A stretch of DNA of 61,627 bases from Chiloscyllium plagiosum. Taxonomy: Eukaryota. Position numbers and translations under genes: made by a program. Below the pieces are notes generated by a model that was not told the DNA's origin, ran no database searches, and saw nothing but the letters and a program-made list of their open reading frames with translations. The stretch lies in NCBI RefSeq assembly GCF_004010195.1, contig NC_057719.1:7479372-7540998 (forward strand), given 5' to 3'. Shown here piece after piece: positions 49,648 through 61,627 of the stretch; positions within the stretch are counted from its first letter, which is position 1; every line of letters starts with the position of its first letter.

Positions 49648-51438
49648 TACTCGCTGAAGCCCAACTGGACTTCAAACAGGCACTACAACTGGCTTTATCA
49701 TTGGAAAATGTGGTAAATGGAGCACATGAATTGCAGGGTATTCTAATGGAAGTGAACACTCTCGTTAGTCCAACTGAGCTTGGGGAACATATCAGCAATT
49801 GCATAGCCTCTTTTAGGACATATCCTGATCAGAGGGACTCTAGGTCAGCCCACAGCAAAAGCCCAAAACAAAGCCAAGCCTTGGCCAAACGGTTAAAATT
49901 TTCTTCAGGAATGGTCCGGCAAGCCATTGTAATTGCTGCCAGTATGTGGACTCGGGACAGCAAAAGAGTCCAACTGGACCTGAATTGAGTAAGAGTACAC
50001 ACCCTGGAAAGCCTAGCTACATTTGGTTTGGAACAGTTACATTGCTTCGAATATCAAAATCAGAACCAATCAAAATAAACATTTGGTTAATTGGTTATTT
50101 GGTTCTAATGGCGGTCAATACTTGCATGGTGATCACAGACCGGTTTTCACAAAATTTGCTCTGGGCACCTCAAGTTTACAGAAGATCTTGATTGGACTGA
50201 GCCCCTATACCGGGGAACCTTTACAGATTAAGGGTACAACTTCAGTCCGGTCTCTTGTGAATAGCAGCTGGTTCAGGTACCACTTATTGTAGTAAAAGCC
50301 TCAGGCCCAGGCTTGATGGGGCAAAATTGGTTGTGAGAGATTCACCTAGGTTAGCTCAATATTTTTCCATTAGGAAGTGTCTGCCTAACTGAAATCCTAA
50401 TTAAATACCTGGAAGTCTTCCAGAAAGGTCTAAGGACGGTAAGAGGAGCCAAGGCCACCTTGCATGTTAACCAGGAAGCAACTCTATGATTCTGCAGGGC
50501 CCATCCAATGCCATTGCAGAAATCAGGAGGCTGGAAAATGAAGGAATTGTCAAACCAGTCCAATTTGCAGAATGGGCAGCAGCAGTCATTCAGATTTTGA
50601 AGTCTGACCTTTGTGGGGATTTTAAACAAATGGTAAACCATTTCTCACAGCTTGATAAATACCCAATCCCTCACAGAGAGTTTATGCACAAAGCTGGCAG
50701 AGGGAGGCTGTCCTTCATGAAGCTGGACATGAGCCATGAGTACCTGTGATTGTGTTTAGACAAGGATTCACAGACGTATGTTACAATTAATACTTGTAAG
50801 GGCATGTACTAATGCGTGAGACTGCCAACTGGGATATCGTCAGCCTGTTCAAGATTTCAGCAGATGATAGAGAACATTTTGCAAGGTCTACCTCAGGTCG
50901 CCATTTGTCTAAATGATGTGCTAATAATAGGGAAAACTAATAAAGAACACTTAGAGAACTTGGATATAGCCCTGTGCCATTTTTCCAAGATGGGCATATA
51001 CTTTAGAAGGGAAATCTGTGTGTTCCAGACACCCCAAGTGACCTAATTGGGTTACAGAGTCGATAAGGCCAGGTTACACCCTTTGGAAGATAAAGTGAGG
51101 GTGATCAAACGTGCCCTTGGCTCCCACGTCTGTACCAGAACTTAGGTCTTTCCTTGGGGGCAAGTATTAAGGAAAGTGTATATATAACCTAGTCTCCATC
51201 CTGACATCTTTGCAACAACTCCTGAAAAAGAATCGCCCTTCGAAATTGTCACATAGATAAGCCATAACTTTCAGTGAAGTAAAGGAAGAGCTATCATCCT
51301 CTAAGGTGATGGCACTCTATGGTCCCAAGTGAGATCTGGTATTGACATTTGATGCCTCCCCATATGGCACTAAGGTAAGTATTAGCTCACAAGTGGCACA
51401 ATGAGAGGAATGCCCAATAGTGTATGCATCTAGGACTT

Positions 51439-51708
51439 AAGACCATGAGATATAGGAGTGGAAGTAAGGGCATTCGGCCCATCAAGTCCACTCCGCCATT
51501 TAATCATGGCTGATGGGCATTTCAACTCCACTCACTCTCCCCGTAGCCCTTAATTCCTTGCAAGATCAAGAATTTATCAATCTCTGCCTTGAAGACATTT
51601 AACGTCCCGGCCTGCACTGCACTCTGTGGCAATGAATTCCACAGGCCCACCACTCTCTGGCTGAAGAAATGTCTCCTCATTTCCGTTCTAAATTGATCCC
51701 CTCTATTT
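51439..51708 (-). mobile_element. CR1 3' tail nested in the Gypsy RNase H region
   Basis: FFSQRVVGLWNSLP; TSD ctaRgactt at 51430-51438 and 51709-51717. Confidence 0.8.
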
Positions 51709-52380
51709 CTAAGACTTTGGGTAATGCAGAGATTAAATATGCTCAGATAGAGAAAGAAGGTTTGGTGATCATATTTGGAGCCAGGCAGCTCTACCAATAC
51801 TTTTATAGATGAAGATATGTGATAATCACGGACCACAGATCTTTACTTGTTCTGCTGAAAGTGGACAAGGCTGTGCTGCCCATAGCTTTGGGCTGCATTC
51901 AGTGGTGGACTCTAATACTAAGTGCTTATAATTACACATTAGAACACCGTCTGGGAGGCCGGGTAGCGAATGCAGATGCATTGAACCACCTCCCGATAGC
52001 AGATACACCAATGGGGGTATCCCCAATGGCAGAGACGTTGTCACAGCTGACAATATCAGACACTGGACTTTGGCAGGAAGATCCGGTCTTTTCAACATTG
52101 AAACATCTGGTTGTGATGGGGGAAACCAAAGGACCGTCACAACTAGAATTGAAACCTTATTGGACCCGGAGAGACCAGCTCACAGTAGGGAATGGCATAT
52201 TGTTATGGGGTGCAAGAGTGATTGTCCCGAGCAAAGGTCACTGCCACATGCTGGCAGAACTCCACCTGGGTCATCCAGGGATCTCCAAAATGAAAATGTT
52301 GGTGAGAGGTTAGGTCGACGATGTTCTTAGTCATTGTAGATGGCCACTCAAAGTGGCTGAATGTGCATAGAGTTCATTTG

Positions 52381-53010
52381 TCAAACCCATCTGACCAAGC
52401 TATCTATCTCTTCCTGCAATCGATAACCGTCTTCTTCACTATTAACCACTCTATCGATCTTGGTGTCATGTGCAAACTTGCTTAACATTCTCTCCAGGAA
52501 TATATATGTATATAATGACCAATACGTACTGATCTTTGTGGTATATTGCTGGACACTGTCTTCCAATCACTCAAACAGCCTTCTACCACTACCCTTTGTG
52601 TCCTGTTACTAAGCTAGTTTCTGATCCATCTTGCTAGGTTTCCTTAAATTCCATGTGCTTTAACCTTCTCAGTCAGTCTCCCATGTGGGACCTTGTCAAA
52701 AACTTTGCTAAAATCCATGTGACCTACATCAAGTGAACTTCCCTCATTTTGATCACATTTTAGAAAGATTCTCACAGATTTGTAAGGCATTACCTCCCTC
52801 TTACCAATCTATGCTGACTATTCTTAATTAACCCATGACTTTCCAAGTGGATATTAATTATTTCCTTTAGAATTTTCTTCAATAGTTTCTCTATCACTGA
52901 CATGAGACTCAGTGGTCTGTAATTTTCTGTTCATCTCTAACCTCCTTCTTGAAAAGTGGAACCATATTAGCTGTCCTCCAGTCCTTTGGCACTTGCCCCA
53001 TGGCCAGAGA
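52381..53010 (-). mobile_element. CR1 RT fragment truncating the Gypsy element
   Basis: SKFAHDTKI; DFSKVFDKVPH readable on the minus strand near 52680-52720. Confidence 0.78.
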
Positions 53011-54049
53011 GGAATCTATTCTCCTGCCTTCTCCCAGTAAACAATGATACCCTTACTAATCAAGAATCTATTTATCTCTGTCTTAAATACACTCAATGAC
53101 TTTGCCTCCACAGCCTTCTGCAACAATAAGTTCTACAGATTCACCACTGTCTGGCTGAAGAGGGGAAAAATGTTTGACTTTGTTGCTTGAAACTTAGACT
53201 GTGTTTGTATCTCTAGCTTGTTGTTAATGCGTGACATACGTATGATGACTTCAGTTAGCGCTGTCATTTAGCTTTTCAACAGACTCAAGCTAAAACTAAT
53301 TATGGTTCCGATGCTGATTTTAGACAGTGACATTTCATGCCAACTTGCCAGTTCTTAAAACAAAATGCAACCATTAAAAATGAAAATGCTCGATGAAATT
53401 ATTGGAAAAACTTGCTTTGTCAGGAGTTTTGTAATTCAAGAAATGCCCTGACGGGTGAACAGCCCTTGCTGTGGGATGCTGATTTATTAGCACACCTGTG
53501 TTTGGTGTTACAGGTTCAGTTCCCGTCCATTCGGATTCCAATCTGAGACTGAGTAAGCTTGGGCGTTGGTGTTAAATGAAAGGTCGCAGTGACCTCTGGG
53601 TAAATGAGAGGCATGAGTCACATTTTGCAATCCAAAATGCTGTCAGGAAACACTGGTGGCAGCTGAGATATATAATTAGGTAGCTTTCCTGTTTGGCTGC
53701 AGCCAGTCGTGGTTCAACCAAACTTTCACCTGAAAATGTTCTGCTTTCGAAACCACGGAGCTTCAGACAGGGTTTTCCCTCAGACTTTAGAACCCTAATA
53801 TCAGGAAAGAATCATAGAATTTTAGAGTGCAGAAGGAGGCCATTTGACACATAATGTCTGTACTGAGTCTGAAAGATGTAATTGGGGACCTGAGCCAGGT
53901 TCCAGACTGGGGTGAGGGGTGGTGGGGAGGTAGTGGGGGGGCTTCTTGACCTGCTGTCTCTAAATTCCCAATGTCTATACCCAATTGGAAGGCTGCAACT
54001 CCTTACAATATAGAGGTAGCATTGGTAGAGGTGGGATGATAGATTTAGA

Positions 54050-54169
54050 AGTCAAGATTAGAGTGGAAACCTAATATCAGGAAAGCACAGCAGGTCAGGC
54101 AGCATCCCAGGAGCAGGAAAATCAATGGTTTCGGGCAAAAGCCCTTCATCAGGAATGAGGGCTTCCACC
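54050..54169 (-). mobile_element. PLE-terminus insertion with hammerhead core
   Basis: 13-bp TSD tgatagatttaga (54037-54049, 54170-54182); minus-strand CUGAUGA-A-GGGC-UUUU-GCCC-GAAA at 54129-54152, stem III altered. Confidence 0.82.
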
Positions 54170-54789
54170 TGATAGATTTAGAGTTCAATCTGAGAGATGT
54201 CAAGCAGTTAATTGTAAGGGTGTCTTGGAGATAAATAATACGAGGAGCTCAATCCATTTTATTCACAGATTAGTTTGGCCAAATCATATGTTTACATCTT
54301 ATATCAAACTCCGGAAGTTAAAAAAAAAATTCATTATTATAATTGCAAAGACTAAATGCAGCCAGTTATTGTGTTTTATTTAAGATGACAGCAGCTACAA
54401 ATTGGCCAAAGTGAACATAAGGAGTAAGATTGATGGTTTAATCTGTTGTCTGTTACCATTGCTTCTCGTAGCTACTTCTGCTGAGAGATCTGCTGTCACA
54501 TTCCCTGTTCTTTGAAAACCTTTCATTTGTGATTTGTTTGCTTCTTGTATTGATGAGCAGCAACTGTTATGTCTGTGGTTTTGCATCCTATAATGAATCG
54601 CAGCATTGTGCAGAAAGTCTAACCTTTCTGACGGACTCTTGTGACCCCATTGGGGCATTCAACTCAACAGTTCTTTGTTAACAGAAAGGCTTGCTGTCTT
54701 TCTGTGGTGATCCTGCAGTGATTTTCTAATATTGCAGCAGGAGGTGCATCAGAATTTTGTTCCCTTTTCCCAGTCTGTTGATGAACAAT

Positions 54790-55245
54790 TAGTAGAGTGG
54801 TGGTGAAGAAGGCGTTTGATACGCTTGCCTTCATTTGTCAAAGCATTAAGTATAGGAGTTAGGAGGTCATGTTGCAGCTGGACAGGGCATTGTGAGGCCA
54901 CTTTTAGAATCCTGCATACAATTCTGGTCACCCTTCTATAGAAAGAATGTTGTTAAACTTGAAGAGATTTACAAGTATGTTGCTGAGACTGGAGGGTTTG
55001 AGCTATAGAGACAGGCTGATTAGGCTGGGGCTGTTTTCCCTGGAGTGTCAGAGGCTAAGAGGTGACCTTTTACAGGTTTAAAAAATCATGATGAGCATGG
55101 GTAGGCCTTTTTCCCAGGGTAGGGGAGTCCAAAAACAGAGGGCGTGGCTTTAAAGTGAGGTTGGAAAGATTTAAAAAACACCTGAGGGGCATGGATGAGT
55201 TGGACCAAAGGGTCTGTTTCCGTGCTGAAATACTCTGTGTCTCCA
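54790..55245 (+). mobile_element. CR1 3' fragment with internal deletion
   Basis: Aligns by eye with 27860-28490. Confidence 0.8.
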
Positions 55246-55442
55246 TGGCGCCATCTCGAAGGCAATCTGTTTTATCAATGTGACTAGTGGCTAAAAATAT
55301 TAGCTATATTTACCCACAAAATTAACTTTTTCCATCATAAATTATTGGATAAATCCTTCTATAATTCTGCTTTACTTGAAATAATTTTAAAACTTATGCA
55401 TGAAGGCATTTTCCAAGATATTAACATATGAAATGAGGAATG

Positions 55443-58400
55443 TAGAACATAGAACATTACAGTGCAGTATAGGCCCTTCGGCCTTTCATGTTGCGCCAAC
55501 CTGTGGAACTGATCTGAAGCCCATCTAACCTACACTATTCCATTTTCATCCATATTTTTATCCAATGACGATTTAAATGCCCTTAAAGTTGGCGAGTCTA
55601 TTACGTTGCAGGCAGGACATTCTACACCCTTACTACTCTTGTAGTAAAGATCCTACCTCTGACATCTGTCCTATATCTATCACCCTTCAATTTAAAGCTA
55701 CGTCCCCTCGTGCTAGCTATCACCATCTGAGGAAAAAAGGTTTTCACTGTCCACCCTATCTGATCCTCTGATCATCTTATATGTCTCAATTAAGTCACCT
55801 CTCAACCTTCTTCCCCCTCACGAAAACAGCCTTAGGTTCCTCAGCCTTTCCTCATAATACCTTCCCTCCATACCAGGCAACATCCTAGTAAGTCTCCTCT
55901 GAACCCTTTCCAAAGCTTCCACATCCTTCCTATAATGCGATGACCAGAATTGTACCCAATATTCCAAATGCAGCCGCACCAGAGTTTTGTATAGCTGCAA
56001 AACTGGCTCCGAAACTCAATCTCTCTACCAATAAAAGCTAACACACCATATGCCTTCTTAACAACCCTATCAACCTGGGTGGCAACTTTGAGGGATCTAT
56101 GGACATGGACATCGAGATCTCTCTGCTCATCCACACTACCAACAATTTTACCATTAGCCCAGTACTCTGTATTTCTGTTACTCCTTCCAAAGTGGATCTC
56201 CTCACACTTTCCTGATTAAACTCCATTTGCTACCACTCAGCCCAGCTCTGCAACATATCTATGTCCCTCTGTAACCTGTAACATCCTTTGGCACTATCCA
56301 CAACTCCACCGACCTTAGTGTCATCCACAAATATGCTATTCCATCCTTCTATGCCCCCATCCAGGTCATTTATATAAATGACAAACACCAGTGGCCCTAA
56401 AACAGATCCTTGCAGTACTCCACTAGTAAGTGAACTCCAGGAAGAACATTTCCCATCAACCACCACTCTCTGTCTTCTTTCAGCTAGGCGAAAGTGAGGA
56501 CTGCAGATGCTGGAGATTAGAATCAAGAGTGTGGTGCTGGAAAAGCACAGCAGGTCAGGCAGCATCGAACGAGCAGGAGAAATGATGTTTCGGGCAAAAA
56601 CCCTGATGAAGCTGCCTGACCTGCTGTGCTTTTCCAGCACCACACTCTCAACGTCTTTCAGCTAGCCAATTTCTGATCCAAAGCGCTAAATCACCCTCAG
56701 ACCCATGCCTCCATATTTTCTGCAATAGCCTACCATGGGGAACCTTATCAAACGCTTTACTGAAATCCATATACACCACATCAACCTCTTTACCCTCATC
56801 CAGCTGTTTGGTCATCATCTCAAAGAACTCAATAAGGTTTGTGAGGCACAACCTACCCTTCACAAAACCGTGTTGACTGTCCTTAATCAAATTATTCTTT
56901 TCTAGATGATTATAAATCCTATCTCTTATAACCTTTTCCAACACTTTACCCACAACCAAAGTAAGGCTCACTGGTCTACAGTTACCAAGGTTGTACTTAC
57001 TCCCCTTCTTGAATAAGGTGATTACATTTGCTATTCTCCAGTCTTCTGGCACTATTCCTGTAGACAATGACAACATAAAGATCAAAGCCAAAGGTTCTGC
57101 AATCTCCTCCCCAGCTTCCCAGAGAATCCTCAGATAAATCCCATAAGGCCCAGGGGATTTATCTATTTAACACTTTCCAGAATTGCTAACACCTTCTCTT
57201 TATGAACCTCAATCCCGTTCCGTCTAATAGCTTGTATCTCAGTATTCTCCTTGACAACATTGTCTTTTTCCTGTGTGAATACTGACGAAAAATATTCATT
57301 TAGCACCTCTCCTATCTCCTCGGACTCCACACACAGCTTCCCACTACTGTCCTTGACTGGCCCTAATCTTACCCTAGTCATTCTTTTATTCCTGACATAC
57401 CTATAGAAAGCTTTAGGGTTTTCCTTGATCCTACCTGCCAAAAACTTCTCATGTCCCCTCCTGGCTCTTCTTAGCTCTCCCTTTAGGTCCTTCCTGGCTA
57501 GCCTGTAACTCTCAAGCACCCTAACTGAGCTTTCATGTCTCATCTTTACATAAGCCTCCTTCTTCCTCTTGACAAGAGATTCAACTTCTTTAGTAAACCA
57601 CAGGTCCCTTGCTCGACCACTTCCTCCCTGCCTGACCGGTACATACTTATCAAGGACACGCAGTAGCTGTTCCTTGAATAAGCTCCACATTTCAATTGTG
57701 CCCATCCCTTGCAGTTTTCTTCCCCGTCCTATGCATCCTAAATCTTGTATAATCGCATCATAATTGCCTTTCCCCCAGCTATAACTTTTGCTCTGTGGTA
57801 TATACCCATCCCTTTCTATCACTAAAGTAAACACAGCTAAACTGTGGTTACTATCACCAAAGTGCTCACCTATCTCCAAATCTAATAAATCTGGCCTGGT
57901 TCATTACCCAGTACCACCTCTAATGTGGCCTTGCCTCTTGTTGATCTATCTACATACTGTGTCAGGAAACCCTCTTGCACATTGGACAAAAACTGACCCA
58001 TCTGAAGTACTCAAACTATAGCATTTCCAGTCAATATTTGGAAAGTTAAAGTTTCCCATAACAATTACCCTGTTACTTTTGCTCCTACCCAGAATCATCT
58101 TTGCTTTCCTTTCCTCTACATCTCTGGAACTTTTCAGACGCCTATAGAAAACTTTCAACAGGGTGACCTCTCCTTTCCTGTTTCTAATCTCAGCCTACAC
58201 TACCTCAGTAGATGAGCTCTAATCAAACATCCTTTCTGCCAACATAATACTGTATTTGAATAATAATGCTGCACCTCCCCCTCTTTTACCTCCTTCCCTG
58301 TTCTTACTGAAACATCTAAATCCTGGAACCTGCAATAACCATTCCTGTCCCTGCTCTATCCATGTCTCCGAAATGACCAAACATCGAAGTCCCAGGTACC

Positions 58401-59290
58401 AATCCATGCTGCAAGATCACCCACCTTATCTCAGATGTTCCTGGCGTTGAAGTGGACACACTTCAAACCACTCTTCCTGCCTTTCGGTAAACTCCTGTGA
58501 CCTTGAAACCTTATTCATGTCCTCACTACTCTCAACCTCCTGCACACTGCAGCTACAATTCAGGTTCCCATCCCCCGCTGAATTATTTTAAACCCTCCCG
58601 AAAAGCATTAGCAAATTTCCTCCCCAGGATATTGGTACCCCTCTGGTTCAGAGGTGTAGATCATCCTGTCTGTAGAGGTCCCATCTACTCCAGAATGAGC
58701 CCCAATTATCCAGATATCCAAATCCCTCCCTCCTGCATCATCCCTGTAGCCACATGTTCGACTCCGCACTCTTCATGTTCCTCACCTCGCTAGCATGTGG
58801 CATGGCAACAAACCAGAGACAACAACTCTGTTTGTTCTAGCTCTAAGCTTCCACCCTAACCCCCTGAATTTCTGTTTTAAATCCCCATCCCTTTCCTATC
58901 TATGTGATTGGTACCTATGTGGACCACGACTTGGGGCTGCTCCCCCTCCCCCTTAAGGATCCCAAAAACACGATCCGAGAAATCACGAACCCTGGCACCT
59001 GGGAGGCAACACATCAACTGTGAGTCTCTCTCGTCCCCACAGAACCTCCTATCTGTCCCCCTAACTATGGAGTCCCCAATGACTACTGCCCTGCTCATCT
59101 TCTCCCTTCCCTTCTGAGCAGTAGGGACAGACATTGTGCCAGAGACCCGTACCCCACTGCTTTCCCCTGGTAAGTCATCCCCCTCAACAGTATCCAAAAC
59201 GGTATACTTGTTATTGAGGGGAATGGCCACAGGGGATCCCTGTACTATCTGCTGGTTCCCTTTCCATCCCCTGAATGTAAGCTATCTGCC
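55443..59290 (-). mobile_element. Near full-length CR1 LINE (SGNH esterase ORF1; ORF2 APE endonuclease and RT), disrupted
   Basis: ORF1 VVIGDSIVRG...LPGARV...VVHIGTN (58877-59230); APE ISETW, MGNFNFPNIDW, GDSNH; RT YMDFSKAFDKVPH, GSVLGPLVF, FVDDTKV; atgttctatgttcta tail near 55443. Confidence 0.93.
56488..56653. mobile_element. Head-to-head inverted PLE-terminus insertion in the CR1 RT
   Basis: 12-bp TSD tctttcagctag (56476-56487, 56654-56665); the inversion point lies within the hammerhead core (tttcgggcaaaaaccc|tgatgaa). Confidence 0.85.
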
Positions 59291-59829
59291 TTGATGGGTA
59301 ACAGTCAGGAAGACAGCATGTGAGAGATTCCTTATTCCTTTATAATCTCTCTCTGGAACTCTTGATCTTTAAATGAACACACACTTTGTAAAAGCTGCAA
59401 TTGTTATTTTCAAGCTAATTTGTTTGGGATGGCATATTCATTCTTGTGATCACCAGCAAGGCTGAAATTCATTGCCCTTCCTAAAGCCCCCCTGGGATCA
59501 GATGGTATATCTGAGTAAAGGCAAAATACTACAGACACTGGAAAGCTGAAATGAACACAGAGAATGGGGAGAAATTCAGTAAGTCTGGCAGCACCTGTGG
59601 AAAGTGAGGTGGTATGTCAAAGTGGTATGTCTCTCCACTGATGCTGCCAGACCTGCTGAATTTCTCCAGCATTCTCTGTGGTATACCTGAGGGGTTGGTT
59701 AGGCCACTTTGGAGGGAGGTTTAGAGTCACCAATCTGGGACCAAACCAGATAAGGACCCAGGTTTCCTCCCTAAATCTCAGTAGTGGAATCTTGGTTTAT
59801 AATGATAATCTGACAGCTTTGTGGTCCCT

Positions 59830-60880
59830 ACAAAGAACAAAGAACAAAGAAAATTTACAGTCCAGGAACAGGCCCTTCAATCCTCCAAGCCTGAGCTGAT
59901 CCAATCCACTGTGTAAACCTATCACCCAATTCCTAAGGATCTGTATCCCTCTGCTCCCCACCTACTCGTGCATCAGTCCAGACACACCTTAAATGAATCT
60001 ACCATGCCTGCCTCTACCACCTCTGCTGGCAATGCGTTCCAGGCACCTACCACCCTCTGTGTTAAGTACTTGCTGCGTATATCCCCCAAAAACGTTTCAC
60101 CTCTGACCTTGAACGCGTGACCTCTTGTTATTGAATCCTTCACCCTGGGACAAAGCTTATCTCTATCCACCCTGTCTATACCCTTCATGATTTTGTAAAC
60201 CTCAAGCAGGTCCCCCCTCAATCTCCTTTTTTCTAATGAAAACAATCCTAACCTACTCAACCTCTCTTCATAGCTAGCACCTTCCATACCAGGCAACATC
60301 CTCGTAAACCTTCTCTGCACCCTCTCCAAAGCGTCCACATCCTTTTGGTAATGTGGCAACCAGAACTGTACAAGTATTCTAAATGTGGCTGAACCAATGT
60401 CTTGTTCAATTTTAACATGACCTGCCAGCTCTTATACTCAAAACCCCGTCCGATGAAGGCAAGCATACTATATGCCTTCTTGACCACTTTATCCACCTGT
60501 GCAGCAACCTTCAGGGTACAATGGATCTGCACTCCCAGATCTCTCTGCCCATCAACTTTACCCAAGGCTCTTCCGTTTACAGTATAGTTCACTCTAGAAT
60601 TAGATTTCCCAAAATGCACCATCTCACATTCGCCCAGATTGAACTCCATCTGCCACTTCTCCAGTCTATCTATATCCTCCTGTATTCTTTGACAGTCCCC
60701 TATGCTTTCTGCTACTCCAACAATCTTCGTGTCATTTGCAAACTTACTGATCAGACCAACAGTGCCCTCTTCCAGATCATTTATGTATATTACAAACAAT
60801 AGTGGTCCCAGCACTGACCCCTGCGGAACACCTTTCTCCATTTTGAGAAACTCCTTTCAACTACTACTCTCTGTCTCCTG
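59830..60880 (-). mobile_element. CR1 3' fragment
   Basis: [35 protein letters not shown]; (ttctttg)n tail. Confidence 0.9.
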
Positions 60881-60881
60881 T

Positions 60882-61430
60882 TAGAACATAGAACATAGAA
60901 CAATACAGCACAGAACAGGCCCTTCGGCCCTCGATGTTGTGCCGAACATTTGTCCTAGCTTAAGCATCCATCCATGTACCTATCCAATTGCCGCTTAAAG
61001 GTCACCAAAGATTCTGACTCTACCACTACCACAGGCAGCGCATTCCATGCCCCCACCACTCTCTGGGTAAAGAACCCACCCCTGACATCCCCCCTATACC
61101 TTCCACCTTAAATTTATGTCCCCTTGTAACACTCGGTTGTGCCCGGGGAAAAAGTTTCTGACTGTCTACTCTACAATATTTCGAATGCTGTCTGAAAAGA
61201 GCCTAATGAAGCATTAGCAATACATTTCTGCTCTTGTGCCCTAGCCCTCAATGGTAACACTGCATTTGCCGCCTGAAATGTCAACTGAACCTGCACTTTA
61301 AGAGAATCCTGAACTAGGATGCCCAAGTTGCTTTGTGCTTCAGATTTCTGAAGCCGTTCCTCATTTAGAAAATATTCTACCCGTCTATTCTTCCTACCAA
61401 TGTGCATAATTTCACACTTTTCTATATTCA
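60882..61430 (-). mobile_element. Two further CR1 fragments
   Basis: (ttctatg)n tail at 60882-60905; NIEKCEIMHIGRKN in ORF 61171-61431. Confidence 0.78.
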
Positions 61431-61431
61431 A

Positions 61432-61627
61432 AAACTATGGCACTGGAAAAGCACAGGTCAGGTAGCACCTGAGGAGCAGGAGAGTCTATGTTTCTGGCAT
61501 AAGCCCTTCATCAGAAAGGTGGAGGGGGAAGGGGGCTGAGAGATAAATAGGGGTATAGGGTGGAGCTGGAGGCAACATAGCTGGGAAGGTGATAGGTGGA
61601 TGCAAGTTGGCAGGGGGGTAATAGCGA
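61432..61627 (-). mobile_element. PLE 3' terminus with degenerate hammerhead, running off the window
   Basis: Reverse complement resembles 44660-44855; CUGAUGA-A-GGGC-UUAU-GCCa-GAAA at 61491-61514. Confidence 0.8.

Larger units (their letters stand above)
48704..52380 (+). mobile_element. Decayed, 3'-truncated Gypsy LTR retrotransposon
   Basis: 5' LTR TG...CA at 48704-48939, PBS-like TGG at 48941. RT LCGDFK...YPIP, KLDMSHEYL, RLPTGISSA...CLNDVLI; RNase H ITDHRSL, NADAL; integrase Zn-finger ELHLGHPGISKMK. Order RT-RH-IN. Confidence 0.9.

Noticed and set aside
53242..53318. C/D-box snoRNA-like spacing (ATGATGA ... CTGA)
   Set aside because: No terminal stem, no recognisable rRNA-complementary guide and no evident host intron.
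58877..59230. Host GDSL/SGNH lipase gene
   Set aside because: It is the esterase domain known from CR1 ORF1 and lies directly upstream of the APE-RT ORF2 of the same element.

Overview
Vertebrate genomic DNA, most likely a cartilaginous fish (shark), judged from the HE1-type tRNA-derived SINEs, HER1/CR1 LINEs and abundant Penelope-like element (PLE) termini. It carries the 3' part of one protein-coding gene on the + strand, stonin-2 (STON2). The exons are a 2.3-kb exon (13848-16151; WxxF, three NPF motifs, stonin homology domain, most of the mu-homology domain), a 203-bp exon (30725-30927) and a terminal exon (33214-33297) ending in a CaaX-like CVQQ. The rest is mostly decayed transposons: CR1 fragments (one near full length with an esterase ORF1), a Gypsy LTR element, several PLEs, SINEs and Tc1/mariner-type MITEs. 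The most notable non-gene signal is a dense set of minimal type I hammerhead-ribozyme motifs from at least four PLE families. Many sit in short (100-230 bp) TSD-flanked, often head-to-head inverted insertions, and the same PLE terminus forms a satellite at 1-528. Other notable items are a 7-copy 23-29 aa coding repeat inside STON2 and a perfect 96-bp direct repeat at 22474-22832. Repeat boundaries are approximate and no database searches were run.
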